64,000 bases of DNA, from positions 9,552 through 73,551 of the forward strand of contig JBBCGO010000001.1 of the NCBI GenBank assembly GCA_037200925.1, read 5' to 3'. Positions 37,468-46,086 of the stretch are shown piece after piece. A program made the position numbers and the translations under genes. The notes below the pieces were generated by a model that was given only the letters and a program-made list of their open reading frames with translations, was not told where the DNA came from and did not search any database. The first letter of the stretch is position 1, and each line of letters opens with the position of its first letter. Source of the DNA: Candidatus Doudnabacteria bacterium (GTDB taxonomy: Bacteria > Patescibacteriota > Doudnabacteria > UBA920 > O2-02-FULL-48-8).

Positions 37468-38697
37468 ATGAATAATAAGTATTTTGAAACAAATTTTTAC
37501 CCGAAACACGTCAGGCTCTATGCAATTGTATTGGTTTTGGCGGTGGCATTTTACGGGTTGGGATACGGAGTCGGAGCCGGACGGATCCAAGTTCAATCGG
37601 GCAAGCTTAGTATCAGTCAGGGGAATGTTCCGAACAATTCCGCTGATTATTCGTTGCTTTGGAATGCTCTGGACCTGCTGAATTCAAAATACGTAGACCG
37701 GCCCCTGGACCAGCAAAAATTGATGTACGGGGCCGTCTCGGGCATGGTTGCCGCCGCAGGCGATCCATATACGACATTTTTCGATCCGGATGACGCCAAG
37801 GCTTTCACTGAACAGCTTTCCGGCACATTCAGCGGCATTGGGGCGGAAGTAGGCGCGAAAGACAACCAGATCGTTATTATTGCGCCGCTTCCCGATACTC
37901 CGGCCTCGCGCGCCGGGCTTATGGCGGATGACATAATTTTGGACATTGACGATATCAGCACGCAGGGCATGACCGTGGATCAGGCTGTGACGAAGATCCG
38001 CGGGCAAGCGGGTACCAGCGTCAAGCTGACGATCCTGCATAAAGGGAAGACCAGTCCTACGCAGATCTCTATCATGCGAGCGCAGATCCAGGTCAAGAGC
38101 GTGAAGCTGGATACGAAAACCGTCAGCGGCAAAAAGATCGCGGTCATCAAAATAAATGAGTTTGGGGATGACACCAAAGGCCTGCTGGACCAGGCGATCG
38201 ATTCTGTTACTTCCGGCAACTATTCCGGCGTCGTATTGGACCTGCGGAACAACCCGGGCGGATATTTGGAAACCGCCGTCAGCACGATCTCTGATTGGAT
38301 CGATGCCAACCAGCTAGCCTTGAAAGAAATAAGCTACGGCAATTCCGAAAAAGATTACACTACTTCGGGTGTGCCCAGGATGAAAGGAATGAAAACCGTG
38401 GTTTTGGTCAATGGCGGCTCAGCGTCAGCTTCGGAAATTGTGGCGGGAGCTCTGCAGGATTATAAAGTAGCGACCTTGGTCGGAGAAAAAACATTCGGCA
38501 AAGGGTCGGTGCAGGAATTGCAGGAATTGCCGGGGAATTCGGAAATTAAGATCACGGTGGCCAAGTGGTATACGCCCAAGGGCCGCGGCATCAATAAGGT
38601 CGGGCTTGATCCCGACATAAACGTAGTCTTGACCCCGGCTGACGCCACGAACAACAAGGATCCTCAGATGGATAAGGCGCTTCAATTGTTAAAATGA
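37468..38697 (+). CDS. ctpA: carboxyl-terminal processing protease (S41, CtpA/Prc-like) with PDZ domain
   Basis: PDZ region (GIGAEVG..IIAPLPDTPASRAGL) and S41 catalytic region (VLVNGGSASASEIVAGAL..KTFGKGSVQ). Predicted leaderless: TATAAT at 37455-37460, 7 nt before the ATG. Confidence 0.85.
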   Translation: MNNKYFETNFYPKHVRLYAIVLVLAVAFYGLGYGVGAGRIQVQSGKLSISQGNVPNNSADYSLLWNALDLLNSKYVDRPLDQQKLMYGAVSGMVAAAGDPYTTFFDPDDAKAFTEQLSGTFSGIGAEVGAKDNQIVIIAPLPDTPASRAGLMADDIILDIDDISTQGMTVDQAVTKIRGQAGTSVKLTILHKGKTSPTQISIMRAQIQVKSVKLDTKTVSGKKIAVIKINEFGDDTKGLLDQAIDSVTSGNYSGVVLDLRNNPGGYLETAVSTISDWIDANQLALKEISYGNSEKDYTTSGVPRMKGMKTVVLVNGGSASASEIVAGALQDYKVATLVGEKTFGKGSVQELQELPGNSEIKITVAKWYTPKGRGINKVGLDPDINVVLTPADATNNKDPQMDKALQLLK

Positions 38698-38705
38698 CAC
38701 GAAGT

Positions 38706-38778
38706 GTCATCCCGGACTTGATCCGGGATCCATAAAATACTCACTCAATAACTAGATTCCCGCTTTCGCGGGAATGAC
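38706..38778. repeat. compound palindromic intergenic element, copy 2 (same two hairpins with a 22-bp insert between them)
   Basis: GTCATCCCGGACTTGATCCGGGATC..(22 nt)..CTAGATTCCCGCTTTCGCGGGAATGAC. Confidence 0.6.
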
Positions 38779-38822
38779 AAAATAAGCTAGCCCAAGGGTT
38801 GGCTTTTTGTTATAATTAGCCC

Positions 38823-40553
38823 ATGAATTCCAAAGAACTGCGGCAAAAATATCTGAAATTTTTTGAAGAAAAAGGACATAAAGTCATCCCTTCAGCCTCG
38901 CTTGTGCCCGCCAATGATCCGACGGTTTTGTTTACGACCGCCGGCATGCACCCGCTGGTCCCTTTTTTATTGGGTGAAAAACATCCGATCGGCACCCGTT
39001 TAGTCAATTACCAGAAATGTTTGCGCACGGATGATATTGATGAGGTCGGCGATGATACCCATAATACTTTTTTTGAAATGCTCGGCAACTGGTCTTTGGG
39101 CGACTATTGGAAAGACGATGCGATCAAATGGTCTTATGAGTTTTTGACGGATAAAAAATGGCTGGGCATCGAAAAAGAAAAACTGGCTGTTACGGTCTTT
39201 GAAGGTGATACTGACGCTGCCAAAGATGAGGAATCAATAAATATTTGGAAGTCTTTGGGTTTTGGCGATGACCGGATCAAACCCTTGGGGAAAAAAGATA
39301 ACTGGTGGGGGCCTGCCGGGGCCACAGGGCCGTGCGGTCCTGACACGGAAATGTTTTACTGGACCGGTGAAGATGCGCCGCCGGCAAGATTTGACCCATC
39401 CGACAAGCGCTGGGTTGAGATCTGGAATAATGTTTTCATGCAGTACAATAAAACCCAAGAAGGCAAATTTGAGCCTTTAAAACAGCGCAACGTGGACACT
39501 GGAATGGGCATAGAAAGGACCACTGCGGCGCTGGAAGGTAAAACGAGCGCTTATGATACCGAATTATTTGCGCCGATCATCCAAAGGATCAGATTGCTTG
39601 CCGACAAACAAGATCAGAGATCAGAACGGATCATTGCCGACCACATGCGTGCGTCAGTTTTTTTGCTTGCGGATGGAGTGACCCCGTCCAATAAAGACAG
39701 AGGATACATTTTGCGCCGACTCATCCGCAGGGGAGTGACTTTCGGGCAAAAATTGGGGATCGACCATGATTTTACGGCTGAGATCGCAGAGATCATTGTG
39801 CTTGAATATGAATCAGTTTATCCGGAACTTAAGAACTCAAGCATAGAAGCCGAGCTGAAGAAAGAAGAGATGAAATTCCGGGGAACTCTGGGCAGAGGCC
39901 TTAAACTTTTGGAAGGAAAATCGCATATCACCGGCAAAGAAGCTTTTGATCTGTTCCAAACTTACGGTTTTCCGTATGAATTGATCGAAGAATTCGTCAC
40001 TGTCACAAACCCTGAGGAATTTGAGAAAGAGTTTGAACAACATCAGGGGCTTTCACGCACTTCGTCTGCCGGGCAATTTAAAGGCGGCCTTTCATCGCAT
40101 TCCGATAAAGTCGTGCGGCTGCATACGGCCACTCATCTTATGAATGCAGCGCTTCGCAAAGTTCTGGGCGCCAACGTTTGGCAGAAGGGGAGCAATATAA
40201 CCGAAGAGCGCACGCGGTTTGATTTTACGCATGACAGAAAAATGACCGATGAGGAAAAAAAGCAGGTTGAAGAATTGGTTAACGATTGGATCACGCGCGA
40301 TCTGTCGGTAAAAAAAGAAATATTGCCGCTTGAGGAAGCAAGGAAACTTGGGGCGATCGGCGTGTTTGGCGAGAAATATCCGGAAACAGTTTCTGTTTAC
40401 ACTATTTTTGACCCCGAAACCTCCGAAGTTGTCTCCAGAGAATTTTGCGGGGGCCCCCACGTGGAGCATACAGGCGTCATCGGCAAATTTAAGATCCAGA
40501 AAGAGGAAGCTGTATCCGCGGGCGTAAGGAGAATTAAAGCGATTGTTATATGA
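38823..40553 (+). CDS. alaS: alanine--tRNA ligase, short form (catalytic plus editing domains, no C-Ala domain)
   Basis: N-terminal class II AlaRS motifs (FTTAGMHPLVPF, LGNWSLGDYW) and editing-domain HxxxH..CGG.H (HTATHL, FCGGPHV). The protein ends at 576 aa. Predicted leaderless (TATAAT, 6 nt, ATG). Confidence 0.85.
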   Translation: MNSKELRQKYLKFFEEKGHKVIPSASLVPANDPTVLFTTAGMHPLVPFLLGEKHPIGTRLVNYQKCLRTDDIDEVGDDTHNTFFEMLGNWSLGDYWKDDAIKWSYEFLTDKKWLGIEKEKLAVTVFEGDTDAAKDEESINIWKSLGFGDDRIKPLGKKDNWWGPAGATGPCGPDTEMFYWTGEDAPPARFDPSDKRWVEIWNNVFMQYNKTQEGKFEPLKQRNVDTGMGIERTTAALEGKTSAYDTELFAPIIQRIRLLADKQDQRSERIIADHMRASVFLLADGVTPSNKDRGYILRRLIRRGVTFGQKLGIDHDFTAEIAEIIVLEYESVYPELKNSSIEAELKKEEMKFRGTLGRGLKLLEGKSHITGKEAFDLFQTYGFPYELIEEFVTVTNPEEFEKEFEQHQGLSRTSSAGQFKGGLSSHSDKVVRLHTATHLMNAALRKVLGANVWQKGSNITEERTRFDFTHDRKMTDEEKKQVEELVNDWITRDLSVKKEILPLEEARKLGAIGVFGEKYPETVSVYTIFDPETSEVVSREFCGGPHVEHTGVIGKFKIQKEEAVSAGVRRIKAIVI

Positions 40554-41353
40554 TAGACCTTACAAAAATTTCAGGTTTGCCGGTTGAACTTGCGGATGAT
40601 CTGAGAATTAAATTTTATCCCCCGATGCAGGATAGAGAGCCGACTTATATCCGGATGTTTTCGCAAGTCCAGGGAGTGTTAAAAGATCCTGATTTTAAAT
40701 CTCCCACGCAAGAAATGTATTTAGGCTACAGGCAGTTATATTTGCCCGAACATGCGGATTTGGTCAGATCCGATCATTTGGAATATGATCTGACCATCAT
40801 CCCGCCGATGATGTTGGGTGAAGAATATAATAAAACAGTCGGGCATTATCATGCCGCCATTCCTGGCACGAAAATTGCCCATCCGGAAATGTATGAGATT
40901 TTGAACGGCCATGTTTTAATTCTCTGGCAGAAAATGGATGAGGATTTTAAAAATTTGATCTCTGTGTATGCCGTTGAAGCTAAAACCGGGGACAAGATCA
41001 TTTATCCGCCGAATTACGGGCATATTTTGGTAAACATCGGAACCGACATTTTGGTCACGGCCAATTGGCTTTCCACTGATTACAAACCCTTATATGAACC
41101 GGTAGCGGATTTCCACGGCATGGCGTATTACGTGATCAAGGGAAACGGTAAGCTTTACGATTTTGTTAAAAATCCCCACTATTCCGATCATCCGGATCTG
41201 AAACTGATCAACGAACAACAACAAGTTTATACAAACTTCGGCTTTGTGCCGAGCGAACCTATGTATACCTCAGGCATGAAAAATCCCAAACTTCTGGAAT
41301 TCTTGAATCATCCGCAGAAATACGCGGTTCAGTTATCAACCCTGACTTCGTAG
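40550..41353 (+). CDS. cupin-type glucose-6-phosphate isomerase (archaeal-type cPGI) candidate
   Basis: The TVGHYHAAIPG..PEMYEIL..GHVLIL and IIYPPNYGHILVN motifs match the metal-binding signature of cupin PGIs. Confidence 0.6.
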   Translation: MIDLTKISGLPVELADDLRIKFYPPMQDREPTYIRMFSQVQGVLKDPDFKSPTQEMYLGYRQLYLPEHADLVRSDHLEYDLTIIPPMMLGEEYNKTVGHYHAAIPGTKIAHPEMYEILNGHVLILWQKMDEDFKNLISVYAVEAKTGDKIIYPPNYGHILVNIGTDILVTANWLSTDYKPLYEPVADFHGMAYYVIKGNGKLYDFVKNPHYSDHPDLKLINEQQQVYTNFGFVPSEPMYTSGMKNPKLLEFLNHPQKYAVQLSTLTS

Positions 41354-41435
41354 TCGGCTGATTTATGAGCCTTTAAAGAGCCGATGAATCGGCTGACTAC
41401 AATTTTAATATTTTTAGTGTTAAACTACACTTATC

Positions 41436-43001
41436 ATGCCTCCAAAAGTAATCAAACTCGGCAAAAAAGACGACATAGCGTCAGTCATCAAGCAGATAAA
41501 ATCGCTCCGTGACCGTGAGGTTGTCTTTGAACTTATAAAAGGCTCGGTTTTGCTCTCAAGCTCAGATAATCTCAAACTTTTAAAAAGAACAGGTGAAGCT
41601 TTGGGGAAGACCATAAAAGTTTCTACCGATGACGAGATCGGCCGGATCCTCGCGAAAAAAGCCGGAGTGCTCTATGGCGACGCGGAAGTGAAGATGCCAA
41701 AAATCATGCCCCGCGTGGCGCGCAGCGACGTAAAGCCGCGGTTCTCCGATATCATGGGTTCACGAAAGATTTTCAGCAATGCCGTGGACCGCGCAATTAA
41801 TCCGGCGCCTGAAAGCCCGCCTGCAAAACTTCCAAGGGATAATGTCAGAAAAACCCGGTCATCCGGCAATTTTACAAAATTTTTCATTTTAGGATTGGTG
41901 ATACTGGTTGTTGCGGTTTTCGCCCTGGCAGTGCTTTTGCCCACAGCCACAGTCACCGTGTTTGCCCGCTCTGAACAGGTCACACGCGATCTGGAACTGA
42001 CGGTTGATAAAAATACCAGCTCCGCTGACCCTGATAATTTGCAAATAACAGGAATTCCAGTTGACCGCGAAGTTTCGCAAACCAAAAATTTTACCGCAAC
42101 CGGGGTACAGCTTGCAGGAACCAAGGCCACAGGGACAGTGACAATTTATAATTTTACGCCAAATATCCTGACTCTTCGTGCTGCAACTACGACACTGGTA
42201 ATGTCCGATAAAAAATATTTGTTCACCAAAGATGTAACGGGCATCAAGCCCAATGGCGTACCTAATCCTGGTATTCAGATCATTGCAGATCTGCCCGGAG
42301 AGGCCCAGAACCTGCCGGCAAACTCCAAGCTTCAGATCGTCAACCAAAAGCTGGGCAGCCAAAATGTCTATGCCGTAAACCCGGACGGTATCGGCGGCGG
42401 ACAGGCCACAAGCACCACGGTCTTATCCCAGGCGGACATTGATATGGCGGTTGCCAGTCTGACAAATGATATTGTGGCTCAGGCGGAATCAGACATGACG
42501 CAGGAGACGGGTTTTGCCGTAAAGCTCGTGCCTTCCGGGATCAAAACAGACATCCTGGCCAAAACGGCAAATAAAAATGTAGGCGATGAAGCGGACAGCT
42601 TTGCCATGACATTGATCGCCAAAGTCACAGGTTTGGGATTTAAGGACAGCGATGTGACGAGCATAGTGGTTTCTAAGATCAATCAAGTCCTGTCTTCCGA
42701 TAAATATCTTTTGGATAATGCGCAACGGCAATATACGGCGGAGTTTAAATCGATAGACATCCCAAACGGCCACGGGGTTTTGGCCGTGCACTTTGTGACC
42801 ACAGCCGCGTACAAAGTTGACCAAACAAATCTGGCCGGCATTTTGGCAGGCAAAAATGAAACCGAGATCAAGGAGATCCTTATGAGCAAGCCTGAGATAG
42901 ACAATGTCCAGGTGACATTCTGGCCGAGCTGGTTTACCCACAAAGCCCCGAGATTTAACGGGAAGATCTATATCAAGACTGAATTGAGCTCTAGTCAATA
43001 A
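41436..43001 (+). CDS. hypothetical single-pass membrane protein with a large extracytoplasmic domain
   Basis: 521 aa: N-terminal cytoplasmic segment, one TM (FFILGLVILVVAVFALAVLL), Thr-rich beta-rich ectodomain, no recognisable family. Confidence 0.5.
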   Translation: MPPKVIKLGKKDDIASVIKQIKSLRDREVVFELIKGSVLLSSSDNLKLLKRTGEALGKTIKVSTDDEIGRILAKKAGVLYGDAEVKMPKIMPRVARSDVKPRFSDIMGSRKIFSNAVDRAINPAPESPPAKLPRDNVRKTRSSGNFTKFFILGLVILVVAVFALAVLLPTATVTVFARSEQVTRDLELTVDKNTSSADPDNLQITGIPVDREVSQTKNFTATGVQLAGTKATGTVTIYNFTPNILTLRAATTTLVMSDKKYLFTKDVTGIKPNGVPNPGIQIIADLPGEAQNLPANSKLQIVNQKLGSQNVYAVNPDGIGGGQATSTTVLSQADIDMAVASLTNDIVAQAESDMTQETGFAVKLVPSGIKTDILAKTANKNVGDEADSFAMTLIAKVTGLGFKDSDVTSIVVSKINQVLSSDKYLLDNAQRQYTAEFKSIDIPNGHGVLAVHFVTTAAYKVDQTNLAGILAGKNETEIKEILMSKPEIDNVQVTFWPSWFTHKAPRFNGKIYIKTELSSSQ

Positions 43002-43029
43002 CCCCTCCGGTCCCGACAAGTCGTGACCA

Positions 43030-43058
43030 CCTCCCCTTATTTTAAGGGGAGGTTTTTT
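43030..43058 (+). terminator. rho-independent terminator
   Basis: CCTCCCCTTA..TAAGGGGAGG stem followed by TTTTTT. A second hairpin (CCCCTCTTA..TAAGAGGGG) follows immediately at 43062-43087. Confidence 0.75.
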
Positions 43059-43109
43059 AGTCCCCCTCTTAAGATAAGAGGGGCTAGGGGAGTTATTTAT
43101 TAAATTAAA

Positions 43110-43150
43110 AAAGAGGCCAACTGCGAAGCGCAGTTGGCCTTTGAAATTGA
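43110..43150 (-). terminator. terminator for the minus-strand ORF 43177..43551
   Basis: Perfect AGGCCAACTGCG/CGCAGTTGGCCT hairpin with a T-run on the minus strand (plus strand AAAAAAGAGG upstream). Confidence 0.65.
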
Positions 43151-43176
43151 CGACACTCGAAGTGTTGTCGGAAACG

Positions 43177-43551
43177 TTACTCGACGGGGAAGAGTCCAAG
43201 CGAGGCGAAGAGATCGAGCAAATAGCTCCTTGGCACCGGCAAAACATCGTGCCTAGCTATGCCGTGCGCCTGAAGCCTTTCTGCCCGGTCAGAAGCGGTC
43301 ATAGGCACTCCGTACATGGTCGCGACTTCCAGAACGACGTTGTGTTTACCTTCCGAACCTTTGCTGCTGGTCAGGTTGGCAAACTTCGCCGAGTGTTTCG
43401 CGTTGATTGGGAGTGGGAGCATCCATCCGTCCTCCCTGTCGACTCCTGGGATTGTGTTTGGGCCTGATGCCAGAAACGCAGACAACGACGCGAACTGCTG
43501 GGCCGTGAGACCGTCGAGCTTGATAATCATTCTGTCCTCCTGAAGAAACAC
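43177..43551 (-). CDS. hypothetical protein (GC-rich, hairpin-flanked, opposite strand)
   Basis: 124-aa ORF with no recognisable motif and its own terminator. The first Met may be at MIIKLDG. Confidence 0.35.
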   Translation of the reverse strand: MFLQEDRMIIKLDGLTAQQFASLSAFLASGPNTIPGVDREDGWMLPLPINAKHSAKFANLTSSKGSEGKHNVVLEVATMYGVPMTASDRAERLQAHGIARHDVLPVPRSYLLDLFASLGLFPVE

Positions 43552-43732
43552 CGTTTCTTTTTAGGAAAGTGGCACCGCCACAAATCCCGAGTTGCCGTTA
43601 TTGCAACTTAAAATTATACTCCTTTTTTGTGGTTTTGTCAATAGTTCCGGGTAAATGGTGGCTAATCTAAGCTTTTTTTAACCTCACCCCCGGCCCCTCT
43701 CCTCGCGAGGAGAGGGGAGTTCTAAATTGAAG

Positions 43733-43761
43733 TTGACAGCAAATCGATTTCTTGTTAATAT
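43733..43761 (+). promoter_or_regulatory. sigma70 promoter (TTGACA, 17 nt, TAATAT) of the infA-rpmJ-rpsM-rpsK-rpsD-rpoA-rplQ operon, about 200-nt leader
   Basis: Hexamers read directly. It is preceded by a GC palindrome, CCCCTCTCCTCGCGAGGAGAGGGG. Confidence 0.55.
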
Positions 43762-43967
43762 TTCGAAGTATTTTACCCCGTTAGAGATTGATAATTTAAT
43801 GACGGTGTAAAGTTTTTGTCTAGTTATTTATAAAGTAAACCATCGTTTTATATCAGCTTTGTTGATCTCTAACGGGGTTTAGCAATCAATTTACACATAT
43901 TCCTACCGGAGCTCAAGATTTAGGGACGCAAGGCCCACAAAAAAATACAATAGAACTCGAGGGCAAA

Positions 43968-44150
43968 GTGGTAGAATCTTTACCCAATGCTGTTTTTCGT
44001 GTGCAGATCGAGTCCGGACAGATAATTTTGGCTCATATTGCGGGAAAATTACGGGTCAATAAGATCCGTGTCCTGCCGGGAGATAAAGTGATTATTGAGG
44101 TTACCCCGTATGATTTAACGCGAGGCAGAGTTATTAGAAGGTTAAGGTAA
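43968..44150 (+). CDS. infA: translation initiation factor IF-1
   Basis: ..[55 protein letters not shown] is an S1-like IF1 signature. The ORF track starts at a GTG, and the reading frame stays open upstream (..IELEGK..), so the true start may be non-canonical. Confidence 0.85.
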   Translation: MVESLPNAVFRVQIESGQIILAHIAGKLRVNKIRVLPGDKVIIEVTPYDLTRGRVIRRLR

Positions 44151-44280
44151 TTAATTTACGAAAAAATTGAGTCGCAGTCCCGATTTATCGGGACGAGAAC
44201 AATTTTTTCGAGAGGAGTAATAAGTCGACCGGAGCGCATTTTACGAAGTAAAATCGCGAAGGTTCGACCAATTACGACGA
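44151..44280 (+). promoter_or_regulatory. structured intercistronic element, copy 1 (infA stop to rpmJ ATG)
   Basis: It shares conserved blocks (TTAATTACGAAAAAATTGAGTCGCAG, GAGAACAATTTTTTCGAGAGGAG, GACCGnAGCG, GCGAAG, GACGAATG) with the element at 44829-44957. The two hairpins between the blocks differ in sequence but keep their pairing. Confidence 0.55.
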
Positions 44281-44394
44281 ATGAAAGTCCGTGCAAGTGT
44301 AAAACCTATGTGCAAGAAATGCAAGATAGTCCGCAGACGGGGCGTAATTTTTGTTATTTGTGAAATTCCTAAACATAAGCAAAGACAAGGTTAA
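44281..44394 (+). CDS. rpmJ: 50S ribosomal protein L36
   Basis: 37-aa [37 protein letters not shown], with the zinc-ribbon CxxC..C..H pattern. It is too short for the ORF track. Confidence 0.85.
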   Translation: MKVRASVKPMCKKCKIVRRRGVIFVICEIPKHKQRQG

Positions 44395-44432
44395 CGGGAA
44401 AATTTCTAATTTCTAATGTCTAATTCCTAAAT

Positions 44433-44828
44433 ATGGCACTAGTACGTATAGCGGGTGTTACATTACCACAGCAAAAGCGGATCGAAGCCGCTCTGCCTTA
44501 CATTTTCGGCGTGGGCTGGCCGGGTTCGCAGAAAATTTTGGCAGCCACTAAAGTGGACCCGAACAAGCGGACAAGCGAACTGACCGAAGCTGAAGTGGCT
44601 AAGATCCGCGAATTTATCGAAAAGAATTATATGGTGGAAGGCGCGCTGCGCCAGCAGATCACGGGCAATATCAAACTTAAAAAAGAGATCGGCTCATACG
44701 AAGGCATCCGGCATATCCGCGGCTTGCCTGTGCGAGGCCAGCGGACAAGGACCAATTCCCGGACTCGCCGTGGCAACGTACGCCGAACAGCAGGGTCAGG
44801 ACGCAAATCAAGCTCTGAGAAAACCTAG
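44433..44828 (+). CDS. rpsM: 30S ribosomal protein S13
   Basis: [28 protein letters not shown].. and the C-terminal [18 protein letters not shown] motif. Confidence 0.9.
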   Translation: MALVRIAGVTLPQQKRIEAALPYIFGVGWPGSQKILAATKVDPNKRTSELTEAEVAKIREFIEKNYMVEGALRQQITGNIKLKKEIGSYEGIRHIRGLPVRGQRTRTNSRTRRGNVRRTAGSGRKSSSEKT

Positions 44829-44957
44829 TAATTAATTACGAAAAAATTGAGTCGCAGGCGCGACAGCGCCGAGAACAATTTTTTCGAGAGGAGCGGCAAG
44901 TAGACCGAAGCGTATCCCGCCAAGGCGGGATTGCGAAGTGTCTACCCGACGCGACGA
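44829..44957 (+). promoter_or_regulatory. structured intercistronic element, copy 2 (rpsM stop to rpsK ATG)
   Basis: Same block order as copy 1. Its hairpins are GGCGCGACAGCGCC and ATCCCGCCAAGGCGGGAT, replacing TCCCGATTTATCGGGA and ATTTTACGAAGTAAAAT. Confidence 0.55.
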
Positions 44958-45404
44958 ATGGGACAGCAAAAGGCTAGTACAATTCCGGCGGAAGAAGATA
45001 AGGCTAAACAAGCCACTACTGCTGTTAGTGCACCGAAGAAAAAGAAGTCCAAGATCAAGGTTGCGCGCGGACACATCTATGTACAGTCCACTTACAACAA
45101 CACGATCATTACGGTGACCGATGTTTCGGGCAATGTCATTGGCTGGGGCAGCGCAGGAAGAACCGGCTTTAAAGGCAGCAAGAAATCCACGCCTTATGCG
45201 GCGCAGAAAACCATGGAAGACACCATCGCGCGCCTGAAAGAAACAGGCCTGAATGAAGTTGACGTGTTCGTCAAAGGCATTGGCACCGGACGCGAGTCTG
45301 CGGTGCGCGCCCTGCAGGGCAGCGGGTTTAATATCATTTCCATCCAGGACCAAACTCCGATACCGCACGGCGGAGTTAGACCAAAGAAAGCAAGAAGGGT
45401 ATAA
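44958..45404 (+). CDS. rpsK: 30S ribosomal protein S11
   Basis: ..ARGHIYVQSTYNNTIITVTDVSGNVIGWGSAGRTGFKGSKKSTPYAAQ.. The start is set at the ATG within the conserved GACGAATG; the ORF track starts at an upstream TTG. Confidence 0.9.
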   Translation: MGQQKASTIPAEEDKAKQATTAVSAPKKKKSKIKVARGHIYVQSTYNNTIITVTDVSGNVIGWGSAGRTGFKGSKKSTPYAAQKTMEDTIARLKETGLNEVDVFVKGIGTGRESAVRALQGSGFNIISIQDQTPIPHGGVRPKKARRV

Positions 45405-45435
45405 AAATTTCTAATTTCTAATTACTAATTTCTAA

Positions 45436-46044
45436 ATGGCGAGATACACAGGGCCAAAAATCAGACAATCACGCAAATTCGGCGAAGCTTTTACGAAAAA
45501 AGCCGAGAAATATTTGGCGAAGCGGAATTACCGCCCCGGCCAGCACGGCCAAAACCCGCAGCGGGTCTCTGAATACGGCATGCAGCTTCGCGAAAAGCAG
45601 AAAGCCAAGATCATTTACGGACTGATGGAGCGCCAGTTCCGCCGTTATTATGAGATCGCGACCAAGAAAGTCGGTATTACGGGGGATGCGTTATTGCAGC
45701 TTTTGGAGTTAAGATTGGACAACATCGTCTACCGCATGGGTTTTGCCCAGACCCGGCCGCAGGCAAGACAGCTGGTATCCCACGGTTTTTTTGACGTTAA
45801 CGGCAAGAAAGTCAACATTCCGTCCCTCCAGGTCAAGGTCGGGGACCAGATAAGCATCCGTGATATCAAGAAAGATTCCGGCTATGTGAAAAATCTGGCG
45901 CTGGTTTTGGCCAATGCAAAGACTGTGGAATGGGTTTCCCTGGACCCGAAGAATTTTTCCGGAAAAGTTCTGTCCAAGCCCTCACGCGAACAGCTGGACC
46001 TCAGCCTAAATACCCAGCTGATCGTAGAATATTACTCAAGATAA
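45436..46044 (+). CDS. rpsD: 30S ribosomal protein S4
   Basis: MARYTGPKIRQSRKFG.. N-terminus and S4 domain. Confidence 0.9.
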   Translation: MARYTGPKIRQSRKFGEAFTKKAEKYLAKRNYRPGQHGQNPQRVSEYGMQLREKQKAKIIYGLMERQFRRYYEIATKKVGITGDALLQLLELRLDNIVYRMGFAQTRPQARQLVSHGFFDVNGKKVNIPSLQVKVGDQISIRDIKKDSGYVKNLALVLANAKTVEWVSLDPKNFSGKVLSKPSREQLDLSLNTQLIVEYYSR

Positions 46045-46086
46045 TTAGAATTTCTAATATTTAATTAACCTAATTAATCTAAACAT

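Noticed and set aside
41354-41435. Inverted repeat GTAGTCGGCTGA..TCGGCTGACTAC upstream of 41436
   Set aside because: The arms are only partially complementary: one half is a direct repeat and the other an inverted repeat. This is too weak to call a terminator or an operator.
44263-44275. GGTTCGACC in the rpmJ leader as a possible tRNA T-arm
   Set aside because: No acceptor stem, D-arm or anticodon stem can be built around it. It lies within the conserved intercistronic element.
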